In this document: piece after piece, positions 15,060 to 29,360 of the stretch
Layout: each line of letters opens with the position of its first letter
Numbering within the stretch: the stretch's first letter is position 1
Assembly: GCF_009914755.1 (NCBI RefSeq)
Contig: NC_060925.1
Origin: the human T2T-CHM13v2.0 reference genome, Homo sapiens
Length of the DNA stretch: 64,000 nucleotides
Reading direction: 5' to 3' (one strand)
The notes under the pieces: generated by a model
Databases searched by the model: none
The model's input: only the letters and a program-made list of their open reading frames with translations
What the model was told of the DNA's origin: nothing
Made by a program: the position numbers and the translations under genes

Positions 15060-16540
15060 TTTCAAGAAACATTCCTATTTGCAAATTCTTCATCTGGTGA
15101 TGATGAGTTAAAAGCAAAAACTCAACTATACCACGTTAAAAATTCAGGGATAAAAATTTCACAATCAAGTTTGACAACATCACTTTTTTTGAGACAGAGT
15201 TTCACTCTTGTTGCCCAGGCTGGAGTGCAATGGCGCAATCTTCGCTCACTGCAACCTCCACCGCCCACGTTCAAATGCAATTCTGCCTCAGCCTCCTTAG
15301 TAGCTGGAATTACAGGCGTGCACCACCACACCCAGATAATTTTTGTATTTTTAGTAGAGACGGGGTTTCGCCACGTTGGCCAGGCTGGTCTTGAACCCCT
15401 GACCTCAGGTGATCCGCCTGCCTTGGCCTCCCAAAATGCTGGGATTACAGGCGTGAACCACCATGTCCAGTCCAGAATACGTCACTTTCAATCTAGGACT
15501 AAAAAAGAATATTCAGAGCTTGAAGAAAAGAGTTACAGAAAAATGTCTGTTTTCAATAATAGACCTCTTAAGAATGTCTTCAGACAACTCCTTGTAGTTT
15601 TAAGTCTATGAAGACTAAAGCGACACTCAAAATGGCTGTTAAAATGATTATCATGAACAAATTATCATTTTCAGTAGTTAGAAGATGAAGAATTGCTGAG
15701 ATTTGCCCAAGCTATGAATCCTGATTATTAAGTTCCTCCTGGAAACCATATTACGGAAAAAAAAACTGTTCCCTGAATTAATGTGCTCCTTCTGTATCTT
15801 GTACAGCAGACATTTGGCTGTGCAAACACATCCAGGCCTTTGAGTCTGACAGCCTGCTTGCTGGATTAATGAGGAAATCAGCCATGTTTCTCCCTCCCTT
15901 TCTGGCTGGCTGTCCCAGGGAATTCTGGGTAATCAAACTGATGTGTCATGAGAGCGTAAGTGTTCCTTACATGATATCTATTGTCTCCTCAGGGAAGACA
16001 TCAAAACTAATGTTCATAGAAAAAAAAATCTGAGATGCAGACAGAAGTTCAAAAATGATTTTATCTTGAAAGATAGACATATTGCTCCATTGACACACTC
16101 CTAGTTTTTCCTCAAGCGATTATGAGAGGAAACAACTGCATGCAGAAATATCACAAGTAAAAATTATAATCGGGGCAACATCTGAAATTCACTCCTAAAA
16201 ATATTCAAAGAATACCTCTAAGCAGTGAACCAAGGATTTGTTCATGGGTTTGTGTCCATGAAACTGCATCATCCTGTGGATTGGTCAAATCCTCAAGTCT
16301 AGGAGATGAAAAGAAGGTAAGTCTTTACCTTAGAGAGCTACTGCTGGAGAGAATGGTGGAGACGTCACTGGCAGAAGTACCCTGTGTTCACAGTTGTAGC
16401 CCAAATTGCCTTGCCCAGTCCCCAGTCCCAACTGAATCGCTCTTAATTTTCACAAATGTGTGGTAGAGTGACTACAGGTACAATCAAGCCACTGACAGCA
16501 TGAGAGGTTATTATATCTATACTACATTGTCAACCTTTAT
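15060..16540 (+). pseudogene. Fossil hAT (Ac/ZBED-type) transposase, internally deleted, interrupted by an Alu
   Basis: Manual translation across frameshifts: KMIIMNKLSFSVV/EDEELLRFAQAMNPDY*VPPGNHITEK/LFPEL (15640-15780); SCTADIW...SLTA..WINEE (15797-15876); EWWRRHWQKYPVF..VPTESL..ERLLYL (16350-16520). Confidence 0.7.
15184..15472 (-). mobile_element. AluS
   Basis: Full-length reverse Alu inserted in the hAT fossil. Confidence 0.9.
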
Positions 16541-16889
16541 AATTTTGAATCTAATACAGTATAAATTTTTTAAACAAAATTTCAGGCAGTACTCTTGTAT
16601 CCTAGAAATTCCTTCCATAATTGGCTTCGTCTTGACTTAAGCAAACATTTACCCACTTGGACAAAAATGTATATTTGATGTATCTTGTATGTATGTATGC
16701 ATGTAATGTAAAAGAACAATCAATCTCTGGGACTGAGTATGATAAAAGTTAAATAAGAATTCCTGATATAGAAGGTCTTGTTGAGGGGAAAGTAGTCTTA
16801 CCTGGGGAAATAGCATACTGTTTTCAAATGACTGTAGAGCAATACATATTTTATTGCGAAGTAGTCAAGAAGAAAGGGACAGTTATTAA

Positions 16890-18145
16890 AATAGAAAATA
16901 AATTACAATCGATTGATTTTTGACCATAGGTGTCAAAATAATTCAATGGGGGAAAAGCAGTTTTTTTCAATTAATGGTGCTGAAGCAACTGAATATCCAC
17001 ATGCAAAAGAAAAAATGGAAACCTTACATCATATACCAAAAAAACTCAAAATAGACCAAAGATGTAAATGCAAGCATAAAATGATCAAGCTCTTAGAAGA
17101 AAGCATAGGGTTAAATCTCAGTGATTTCAAACTTGTCAGTGGTTTCTTAGCTAGGACACCAAAAACAAGCAACCAGAGAAAAATAGATACATGGGATGTC
17201 ACAAAATGTACAACTTTTGTGCTTCCAAGGACATCATGAAGAGAGTGAAAAGACAACCCACTAAATGGAAGAAAAAACTTGGAAGTCATATATCTGATAA
17301 GACTATATAAGGAATATTCGGAATATATAAAGAACTCTTACAACTCAATAAAAAGACAAATGACTCAATTTAAAAATGGGCAAAAGACTTTGATAGACAG
17401 TTCTCCAAATGGGATATGCAAATGGACAGTTGGCATATGAGAAGATGCTCAACATCATGAGTCATTCAGGAAACACAAGTCAAAACCTCAATGAGCTTCC
17501 ACTTCACACCTACCAGGAAGGCTGGAATCAAAACAACAGGCATTAACAAGTGCTGACAAGAATATGAAGAAACTGGAACCTTCATACACTGCCACTGGGA
17601 TTGTAAAATGGTACAGTCACTTTGGAAAACAGCCTGGTAGTTTCTCAAAACGTTGAATACAGAGTTATCAGATGACCCAGCAACTCCACTCCTGGGTATA
17701 TACCCAAGAAAAATGAAAACCATGTCCACACGAAAACCTGTACATAAAGGTTTTGCCATTATTCATAATAGCCAATAGGTGAAAACAACCCAAATGTTCA
17801 ACTGATGAATAAATAAAATGTGGTATATACACTCAATGGAATATTATTCAACAAGAAAAAGGACTGAAATACTGAGACATGTGACAACATGGATGAAGCT
17901 TGAAAACATTACACTAACTGAAAGAAGCCAGTCACAAAAGTCCACATATTATGATTCCATGTATATGAAATGTCTAGAATAGGCAAAGCTAAAGAGACAG
18001 AAAGGAGATTAATGGTAATTTAGATGGCTAAAGTTTCTTTATGGGGTGATGGAAATAGTTTCACCAACTGTGAATATACTAAAAGCCACTGAATTGTACA
18101 CACTAAATGGCTGAATTATTTTATAATAAAGCTGTTACTAAAAAA
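16890..18145 (+). mobile_element. L1M ORF2 3' end and 3'UTR
   Basis: GATTTTTGAC..GGTG..AAAATAATTCAATGGGG, AAATGGGCAAAAGAC, GACCCAGCAACTCCACTCCTGGGTATATACCCAAG, terminal AATAAAGCTGTT. Confidence 0.85.
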
Positions 18146-18149
18146 ATGG

Positions 18150-20260
<2,111 letters not shown>

Positions 20261-20539
20261 ATAGAAGATATTCATGAGAAGAGCTTGACAAAAGGTATAT
20301 AAAACAAACCCGTATTTGTTAAACAATGAACTCTCCCCCCAAAAAGAAAAACCCTACACATGTACATGTATGCAAAAATGTGTTCATGTATGAGCACCAA
20401 GTTTTCTACATGGGTTATGTGGACAGAGATAGAGAAGGAGAAGGGAGGGAAATTCCAACAAAAAAGGGAAAAGGGTCAGAAAAAGGACTCCAGTCAAGAA
20501 CCATGTATAATATTATATTAATGCTTATCAACGAAATTA

Positions 20540-21186
<647 letters not shown>

Positions 21187-21317
21187 TATATATTTTCGCA
21201 TGCATAATTTTTTTAAAGATTGCATGCAATATCACAACGACTAATAAAAAGTCCTCCTTTTGTTTTTAAATCCACAACCACCACCTGCCTTCCCAGTCCA
21301 AGTTTCAGGGTAACATA

Positions 21318-21493
21318 CAGTAAGTCATTAACAGGTTCTTGGAAATTGTGACTTTAAGCAAAATAATGTAAGAAAACCAGTATTTTTTCTCATCAACATT
21401 ATAACAAAAAGACATTATTCAAGGGCCTGCGGTACATTGTTTTGCTTAAAGTTGCAGAAGAACCTACTGATGATGTTAAGTGAGGACTTACTG
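21318..21493. mobile_element. MER82-like Tigger MITE, internally deleted
   Basis: TA-CAGTAAGTC..TTAAC ... GTTAAGTGAGGACTTACTG termini. Confidence 0.65.
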
Positions 21494-21686
21494 TGCTTTG
21501 TGGTAAATATTACCTTCAGTTGCACTCCCTAATGGAAATATGAATCAGACTACTGGTGGCATGCCGCTCAGAACTCAGGCACAGCCATCCACACTCCCAC
21601 CCGGAACCAGACTCCCAGCTTGCCAACCTCCCTATTCTGTCTCAGAGGGAGATATTCTGGAGCTGTTAGGGAGCAGAATTTCGAGC

Positions 21687-21977
21687 AAAAAATTAGGTAT
21701 GGTGGCACACACCTGTAGTCCCAGCTACTCAGGAGGCTGGGGTGGGAGGATTGCTTGGGCCTGGGAAGTAGGGGCTGCAGTGAGCCGTGATCGCATCATC
21801 GCACTCCAGCCTGGGCAACAGAGCACAGACCCCCATCTCATAAAAGGGCGGGGAGGGGAAGAGAGGGAGGATGTGCAAAAACAGACAAGATTATGATTGA
21901 GAGCAGGTATAAAAAAGCAAATGCAATGGAGATTTTTTAAATCATTAAAAAAATATACTGCATGAAACTTCATGTCA
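21687..21977 (+). repeat. Direct local copy of 19467-19760 (Alu right arm plus flanking L1 sequence)
   Basis: About 290 bp at roughly 94% identity by eye, including the non-Alu flank AGGATGTGCAAAAACAGACAAGATTATGATTGAGAGCAGG. Confidence 0.9.
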
Positions 21978-23322
21978 TCCTTTGGTTTCCCTTGGTACCA
22001 TCTGCATCTATCATGTTTTCTGTGGCTCTAAAGATGCCTTCACGCTGTCTCCTGCTGGGTGTTCCCTTAGGACCTAGGACAACCTGCTCGTGTCAGCACC
22101 TCTTACGCTGCATCACAACTATCTGTGGATCGGCCGTTTGTCTTCACCACCAGGAGTTATGCTGTTTGAGGGCTAGAACCTCTGCTTCTTATCAATCCCC
22201 AGTTTTTAACATAGTGCCTGGTGCAGAGTAGGCACTCTATAAATATCTGCCAAATGTATGAAATGTATTTGAAAGAAGATATGAAGCCTACACTCAAAAA
22301 CTTCTCAGGGCTGTTCTACTTCCGTTTCATGTTAAAATTTCTACCTCTGCAGCTGATAAATTGATGGGGTGAAGGAACGCTGGCACACCCCAAGGTGCAT
22401 GTGACTTAGGTTAGTCGTTTGGGATTACGAACATTGGATCACTCTTAGGAGCCCACCAGAGACAGTACAAAGGGTACTTGGCTGAATGTCTCCTGTGTAG
22501 GACCCTATATAATCCCATCTGGTGCCTGGAGTCACCCCTCTGGGAGATGACAATCTAGAGGCAGAGCTGGGACCAGTGTCTGTGTGTCTCCAAAGCTCTG
22601 TGCACATCGCAATGCCTTTCTGACAGGCAGAACCAAAGACAGCCGCGGATCTTCCCTCCTTCCCACCAAAGCATCCCACACACTACCTTCAGAAATGGGG
22701 GCTGCACTCTCTCAACTATTCCAATTTCCCCAGTGTCATTTGCCTTCTTCCTAAATTTACCTAATCTTTTTCAGAATGTTTGTATTTCTTCTCTGCTACA
22801 CTTCTGGAAGAGACCGAGTCTATACATTTATAATACAAGGTGTGAGTTTACCCTTGCTATTATTTACCTGTAATTTACCTCTTTCGATCTTAAAGAAAAA
22901 CAACTGTTGTCTCAATTTCCAATGAGGTTCTGTTCCAGGTCTCCACTGGCACTCTGAATGCACATCCCCCTAAGATGCCACAGGCTGTGCTCCAACACCC
23001 CAGCTCGCCTAAGAAAATGCAGCCAAGGAAAACACACAGGCAATTCAGCTGAAATATCAGCACTAAAGAGCAAACCAAATAGGACATTTGTATTCACCTT
23101 CGATGCTGGGACCTGAAGGAAGCAAATGTCATTACGTCAGATAAGGAAGGAGATGAAGACTGCTTTACATGTGCATTCTGAAGTGAATGTCTACTCACAG
23201 AACCTCACGTCTTCATGTGATCCACACCCACAAACTCAGCAGTGGAATTCCTGGGAACACTTATTTAAGATGGCACTGGTGGAAGATGTCACCTTCCCCA
23301 AACGCATAAAGTGCTCAAATAA

Positions 23323-23625
23323 GCCAGGTGCAGTGGCTCATGCATGCAATCCTAGCACTTTGGGAGGCAGAGGTGGAAGGATGGCTTGAGCCAGGAGTTT
23401 CAGACCAGCTTAGGCAACATAGTGAGACCTTGTCTTTACAAAAAAATTAAAAAGAATTAGGTGGGCATGGTGGCGCCTATCTGTAGTCTCCGCTGAGACT
23501 GCAGTCTTAGACTGAGGTGGGAGGACTGCTTGAGCCCAGGAGTTCAAGGCTGCAGTGAGCTGTGATCACACCAGTACACTCCAGCCTGGGTGACAGAACG
23601 AGACTCTGTCTAAAAAAAAAAAAAA
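23323..23625 (+). mobile_element. AluJ
   Basis: Full dimer; TSD AAAGTGCTCAAATAAG. Confidence 0.9.
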
Positions 23626-24719
23626 GTGCTCAAATAAGAAAGATGCCCACTAACCACTCTGGGTGATTCCACTTGTTGACAGTCTTTCCTCCCAGAAAAA
23701 TCTCCCTGTATCCTGATCCTTTATATTCTCTTTGTAACCCTGTTTCTCAAACTTGAGAAAATAGGTCTCTCCTTCTTCCCTATCTGGTTACTCCTAAGGT
23801 GACAGATTCCATTTGCAGTTGCTTTTGCCAGGGAAGCTTGCTGGAGGCTTTGAAACATCAAAATTGAATTTATCTACTGGCTTCCTGTCTGCTGCCTGGC
23901 AGAGATGAGTGCAGTGACCACTTCCCAGTGAGGCCTGTCATCTGCCCATGTGGGTCTCTCTTCCCCCATGGGCAGGCAGATGACAGACCTCAGTGAGAAC
24001 GTCTGCTTACGTTGCACTGTTCAGAAACCAGGCAGCAGTCCCATCTCACTCCAAGAGGTGCAGCCATTTCCCAGAATACAAGGCAATGGGGGAAGACAGG
24101 TTTGCTATGCAATGATCATCTTTGGTTCAGAGCCCTTTGCAAGGGACTTGTTATAAATTAGTTGATCTGACCCACATATACCATGTTCCACACTCATTGC
24201 TCTAATATGATTCTTCCTAGTCCCTTAATCAAAGGGACCAGTCTACTCTTGAGCACTCTGTAGCTCCACTTCCTCATTTTAAAAATAGGGATAATGACAG
24301 TATTCACTTGACAGGATGGTTGTGAGGATTACATAAGTTAGAAAGTGCTTAGAAAAGCATCTGCATATAGTAAGTGATATACAAGCATTTGTTAAATGAA
24401 TAAAGGGGTGCAAGCAGCTGGCTTCCCTGTAAATTCCTCATAGATTCCTGCCTATCTTGGGTGTCTCTGGGCCACCAGGAAGTGAGCAGGTTGTAGAAGC
24501 TCAAGACTGTATTAAATTCCCCAGTAGCCATCAAGTTTGGTCTTCCAACCAGGACAGAAATCCTCATATTTGGTGGCATTGGTGTCTCTGGGGTAAGAAA
24601 CTCACTCCTTTGTGGAGCTGCCCCATTAACTCTTCCACTATTTTGGATGTTGGAAATGCTCAGCTTGTGAACATTTTTTACCGGCACCGAATCCCGTACC
24701 CACTTAAAAATCTACTTCT

Positions 24720-25350
24720 GCGTCCATCTATTCCTTTGTTCATTCAAGCATTCAAAAAAAACTGAGCACCTGCCACATTTTTACCATATACTGTGACCAG
24801 AATGTCCAAGGTCTCCACACATGATAAATAAATTAGCTTATGCAGGTGGCAGTGAGTGCTAGGAGAGACCAGAGGGAAGGTAGTGATTTTAGATGGGTAA
24901 AGACAGTGACACTGGAAACAAGACCAGGCCAGCAGGCAAGGGCTGCCGTTCGAAAGTCAGGAAGAACATTCCGGGCAAGGGCCTGGCAGACAGAAGATCA
25001 CATGGCCAGAGACAATGGTAGGACGCGTGCTACAAGGTGACAATAGAGAGGAAGACCAGGGTGGACCTAGAGACCCGGAGGCCATGCTAAGGAATCTGGA
25101 TTTCCCTTCGGTTTGGATGGGAAGTTACTGGAGGAGTTTAAGCAGAGAAGTGAGTATATGAACTTGTGTTTGTAAAACATCACTTTTCCAGCACAGCCTG
25201 GGGAAACTGAAACCGGGGCAGGGGCAGTCAACAAAGGTGGAGGCTGAGAATCCAAGCGGATGAAAGCCCCACCAGCCTGGCCAAGGGGTGATGCTGTCTT
25301 GGCTACGGTTGGCAGCAATGGCAATGATATAAGAAGTGGAAGGATTTGTA
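24720..25350 (-). mobile_element. L2 fragment
   Basis: TTCATTCAAGCATTC..CTGAGCACCTGCC and GATGGGAAGTTACTGGAGGAGTTTAAGCAG motifs. Confidence 0.6.
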
Positions 25351-26271
25351 GTTCTAAACTTTTTCATGAAAGTAACTTCTTAAATATATGCCTAAATGTG
25401 GCCGGTTTTTCATTCTTTTGTAATAATTCTTCCTGCAACTCACAAATGAGGGGAAGGAAAGTTCTTTATACCCTGTGGGAGAATAGGCAAGCATTCCTTC
25501 TCCATAGTCAGATATTTCAGGGATTCCAGTATTCTCCCACCCCCAAGATCATGTTGTATTTCCTCTCACCAATAAAGGTCTTATCCCATTCCCTTCTGCT
25601 GTCATTTTCCCTCCTCCTTCCTTAAAGGAAGGACCCCGGTGCTTCTCCATGGATTCTGCCCTAAGTACTCATTTCTCAACATGCTTGGCAAATCCCCCTC
25701 CCTGTGGGATCCAGGGTTTGCTACGTAAATCTACATCCATGCCTGAACCTGGAGTTTGGATTCTAGCTACAGTTACTTGCAATAGTAATAATTATAGGTG
25801 TTAAATTTTAAGATATTTTCACTAAGAAAGTCTCAAGTAAGGAAGCTCAGTTTAGGGGCCAGTGCGACTGCCCACGGGCAAAATGGCACGCCTTCTCTCC
25901 CCTTTGCTCAAATGGCTCTCTTGTTTGAGACACTTTTCCTTCCTCTTCACCTGACTAGTTATTTGTTCTTCAAGGTGCAGCTCAGGGGCCACCTCCTCCA
26001 GAAATGCCGCCTCTTCTCCAACCCAGCTGGAGGAAGTGAGGCACCTCTGGAATCCCATAGAAATCCATGTTTTCCCTGATCACAGCATTCACCAGAGACA
26101 CTTATCTCTTTTCCTTCACTCTGTCTCTCCTATTGAACCCCAGGGGACATGTCTAACTTCTCGTTTTATCCCAGCAGGGCTCAATGTGCTGGCTGAATTA
26201 ATAGGAGGCACATCTCATCCATTGCTGGTGGGAGTGTAAATTGGAAAACTGCTTGGCAGCACTTCCTAAAG

Positions 26272-26470
26272 TAGTGGTTCTCAATACCTGGTGCTTTTGC
26301 CCCCCCAGGGGACATTTGGCAATGTCTGGAGACATGTCTGTTTGCTACAACTGGGGAGGAGGGGTGCCAGTAACATTCAGTGGGTAGAGGCCTGGGATGC
26401 TGCTGAACGTCCTGCAGTGCTCAGGACAGCCCCCCACCAGCAAAGAATTATCTGGCCCAAGTTGAAAGAC
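26272..26470 (+). mobile_element. MER20 (hAT-Charlie) within old L1 fragments
   Basis: TAGTGGTTCTCAA..TTTTGCCCCCCAGGGGACATTTGGCAATGTCTGGAGACA..AAAGAATTATCTGGCCCAA. Confidence 0.85.
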
Positions 26471-26836
26471 CTTGTACTAAGGGTAAATATACAATGAATC
26501 CATGGCCTAGCAATCCCACTCCTAGGTATACATGGCCCAAGGAAGTGATGTATACAAACATCAAGAAAACATGTACAAGAACGTTTGTAGCAACTTTCGG
26601 GTTTGGAAACAAACCAAAAGTCTACCGATAGGACACCAGGTAAATAAACTGTAGTACAGTTGTACAGTGGCATACTACACTGCAATATAAAGATAGGACT
26701 GCTCTATGCGATATGGATGAATCTTACAGGTAAAACAATTAAGTATTGGTGATGAACTCAGAATAATGGCTACCTCTGGGGACAGGGAGGTACTGATGGG
26801 AAAGGGGCAGGTAGGAATCTTCAGGATGCTAAGAAT

Positions 26837-27130
26837 GTTTTTCTTTTTTCTTTTCGAGATGGGGTCTCACTCTGTCAGCTTGTACCACAGTCTGGAGTGC
26901 AGTGGTACAAACACAGCTCACTGCAGCCTCACCCACCTCAGCCTTTAGGGTAGCTGGGACTACAGGCATTCACCACCACGCTTGGCTAATTTTTTAGAAT
27001 ATTTTTTAGGAAAGGTGGGCTCTCTTTGTGTTTCCCAAGATGGTCTCGAACTCTTGGTCTCAAACAATTCTCCCACGTCAGCTCCCAAGTGGCTGAGATT
27101 ACAGGCTAGGCATGAGCCACTGCATCTGGA
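26837..27130 (-). mobile_element. AluJ (degenerate)
   Basis: Reverse Alu with internal deletion. Confidence 0.75.
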
Positions 27131-27284
27131 ACTAGGAACACTCTTTACCTTGATCTGGGTGGTAGTGACACAGGTATACCCATGTAAGAATGCACTGTGC
27201 TGTGCACGAATGTCTCATGCAATCTATGTGTGCTATGACACACATAAGCTTCATTATATAAAGTAATCCTCTAGAACACTTAAT

Positions 27285-27932
27285 CATTCCACTGTTGGTG
27301 GGAATGTAAATTAGTGCAGCCACTGTGCAGAGAACTTTGGAGATTTCTCAAAGAACTGAAAGTGAACAATTTGACCCAGCCATCCCATTACTGGGTATAT
27401 ACCCAAAGGAAAACAAATTGTTCTACCAAAAAGACACATGCACCCATATGTTCATTACAGTGCTATTGACAATAGCAAAGACACAGAATCAACCCAGGTG
27501 CCCATCAATGGTGGACTGGATAAAGAAAATATGGTGCACATACACCATGGAACACCACGCAGTTATAAAAAAGAAGGAAATCACGTCCTCTGCAGTGACA
27601 TGGATGCAGCTGGAGGTCATTATCCTAAGTGAACTAATGCAGGAATAGAAAACCAAACACTGCATGTTGTCACTTAGAAATGGGAGTTAAACATTGGGTA
27701 CACATGGACATGAAGATGGCAAAAATAGATACTGGGGACTCCTAAAGGAGGGAGGGAGGGGAGCAAGGTGAGAAAAACTACCCATTAGGTACTCTGCTCA
27801 CCACAGGGTGATGGGCTCAATCAGACTCCAAACCTCAGCATCACACAATATACCTTTATAACAAACCTGGACATGTATCCCCTGAGTCTAAAATAAAAGG
27901 TGAAAAGTAAATACAAAATAAAATAAAACAAA
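27285..27932 (+). mobile_element. L1PB/L1MA 3' end
   Basis: ORF2 C-terminus (FDPAIPLLGIYPKE...TCTHMF...WIKKIW...VIILSEL) plus 3'UTR and A-rich tail. Confidence 0.88.
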
Positions 27933-28174
27933 ATACTCCTCTAAGAGCCATCTTACTCTTACTGGTGGGCATCGCATACCGGTTTGCTGCCTTGTAAGCA
28001 GGATGTTCTAATGGACTCTCTGGGGTACTGCTGGCAAAGGCATAAAAAGGTACATTTCTGGAAGACTCTTTCACAACAGATATCAAAACCCTTTAAAATA
28101 CGCAAAATCCTTACCTCAATATTGCTTTATCATTTGATGCTAAGGAGTAAATTGAGGATGTATATGTAAGCTTA

Positions 28175-28485
<311 letters not shown>

Positions 28486-28770
28486 CTTAGGCCTCAACTA
28501 TGTTCACCACAGCACTAATTTAACAGCAAACAAAGGGGAGAGAGAAGTGGGGCAATAAACTCAATCCTAACAAAAGGGAACCCTAGAGTATTATAGATTC
28601 AGTGAAAACATCTTTTTAAAATTTAAATGGAAAATGTTCATAATATATTAATAACAATTAAAAATCAGGTCCCTCAACAAAATGTAATGTAAGATACATG
28701 AAGCACATATTCTGTATGTCAACTGTGGTTATCTCTGGGAAAAGGAAGGTAATTTGATTTTTACAATTTT

Positions 28771-29137
28771 TGATGTGGTTTGGCTCTATGTCCCCACCCA
28801 AATCTCACCTTGAATTGTAATAATCCCCATGTGTCAAGGGCGGGGCCAGGTGGAGATAACTGAATCATGGGGGCAGTTCCCCCCATGCTGTTCTCGTGAC
28901 AGTGAGTGAACCAAGATCTGATGGCTTTATAAGCATCTGGCATTTCCCCTGCTGGCAAATTCTCTCTCTTTGCCTGCAGCCATCCATGTAAGATGTGACT
29001 TGCTCCTTCTTGCCTTCCACCATGATTGTGAGGCCTCCCCAGCCATGTGGAACTATAAGTCCAATAAACCTCTTTCTTTTATAAATTGCCCAGTCTTGGG
29101 TATGTCTTTATCAGCAGCATGAAAATGGAGTAATACA
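28771..29137 (+). mobile_element. THE1 (MaLR) solo LTR
   Basis: TGATGTGGTTTGGCTC..CCCCACCCAAATCTCA ... AATAAACCTCTTTC..TAATACA; 5-bp TSD ATTTT. Confidence 0.9.
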
Positions 29138-29229
29138 ATTTTTATCCTTTTTCTTATTTATTTTCTAAAATGAATATATGTAACCTGTTAATAAGAAAAA
29201 AACATACAATCACAGTCCTTAAAAACAAA

Positions 29230-29360
29230 GGCGTGAGCAAGGTATGGTGGAATGCACCTTCAGTCCCAGCTACTCAGGAAGCTGAAGCGGGAGGATCACT
29301 TGGGCCCAGGAGTTTGAGTCCACCCTGGGCACATAGTGAGACCGTGCCTCTAAAAAGAAG
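29230..29360 (+). mobile_element. FLAM monomer
   Basis: Single left-type Alu arm. Confidence 0.65.
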
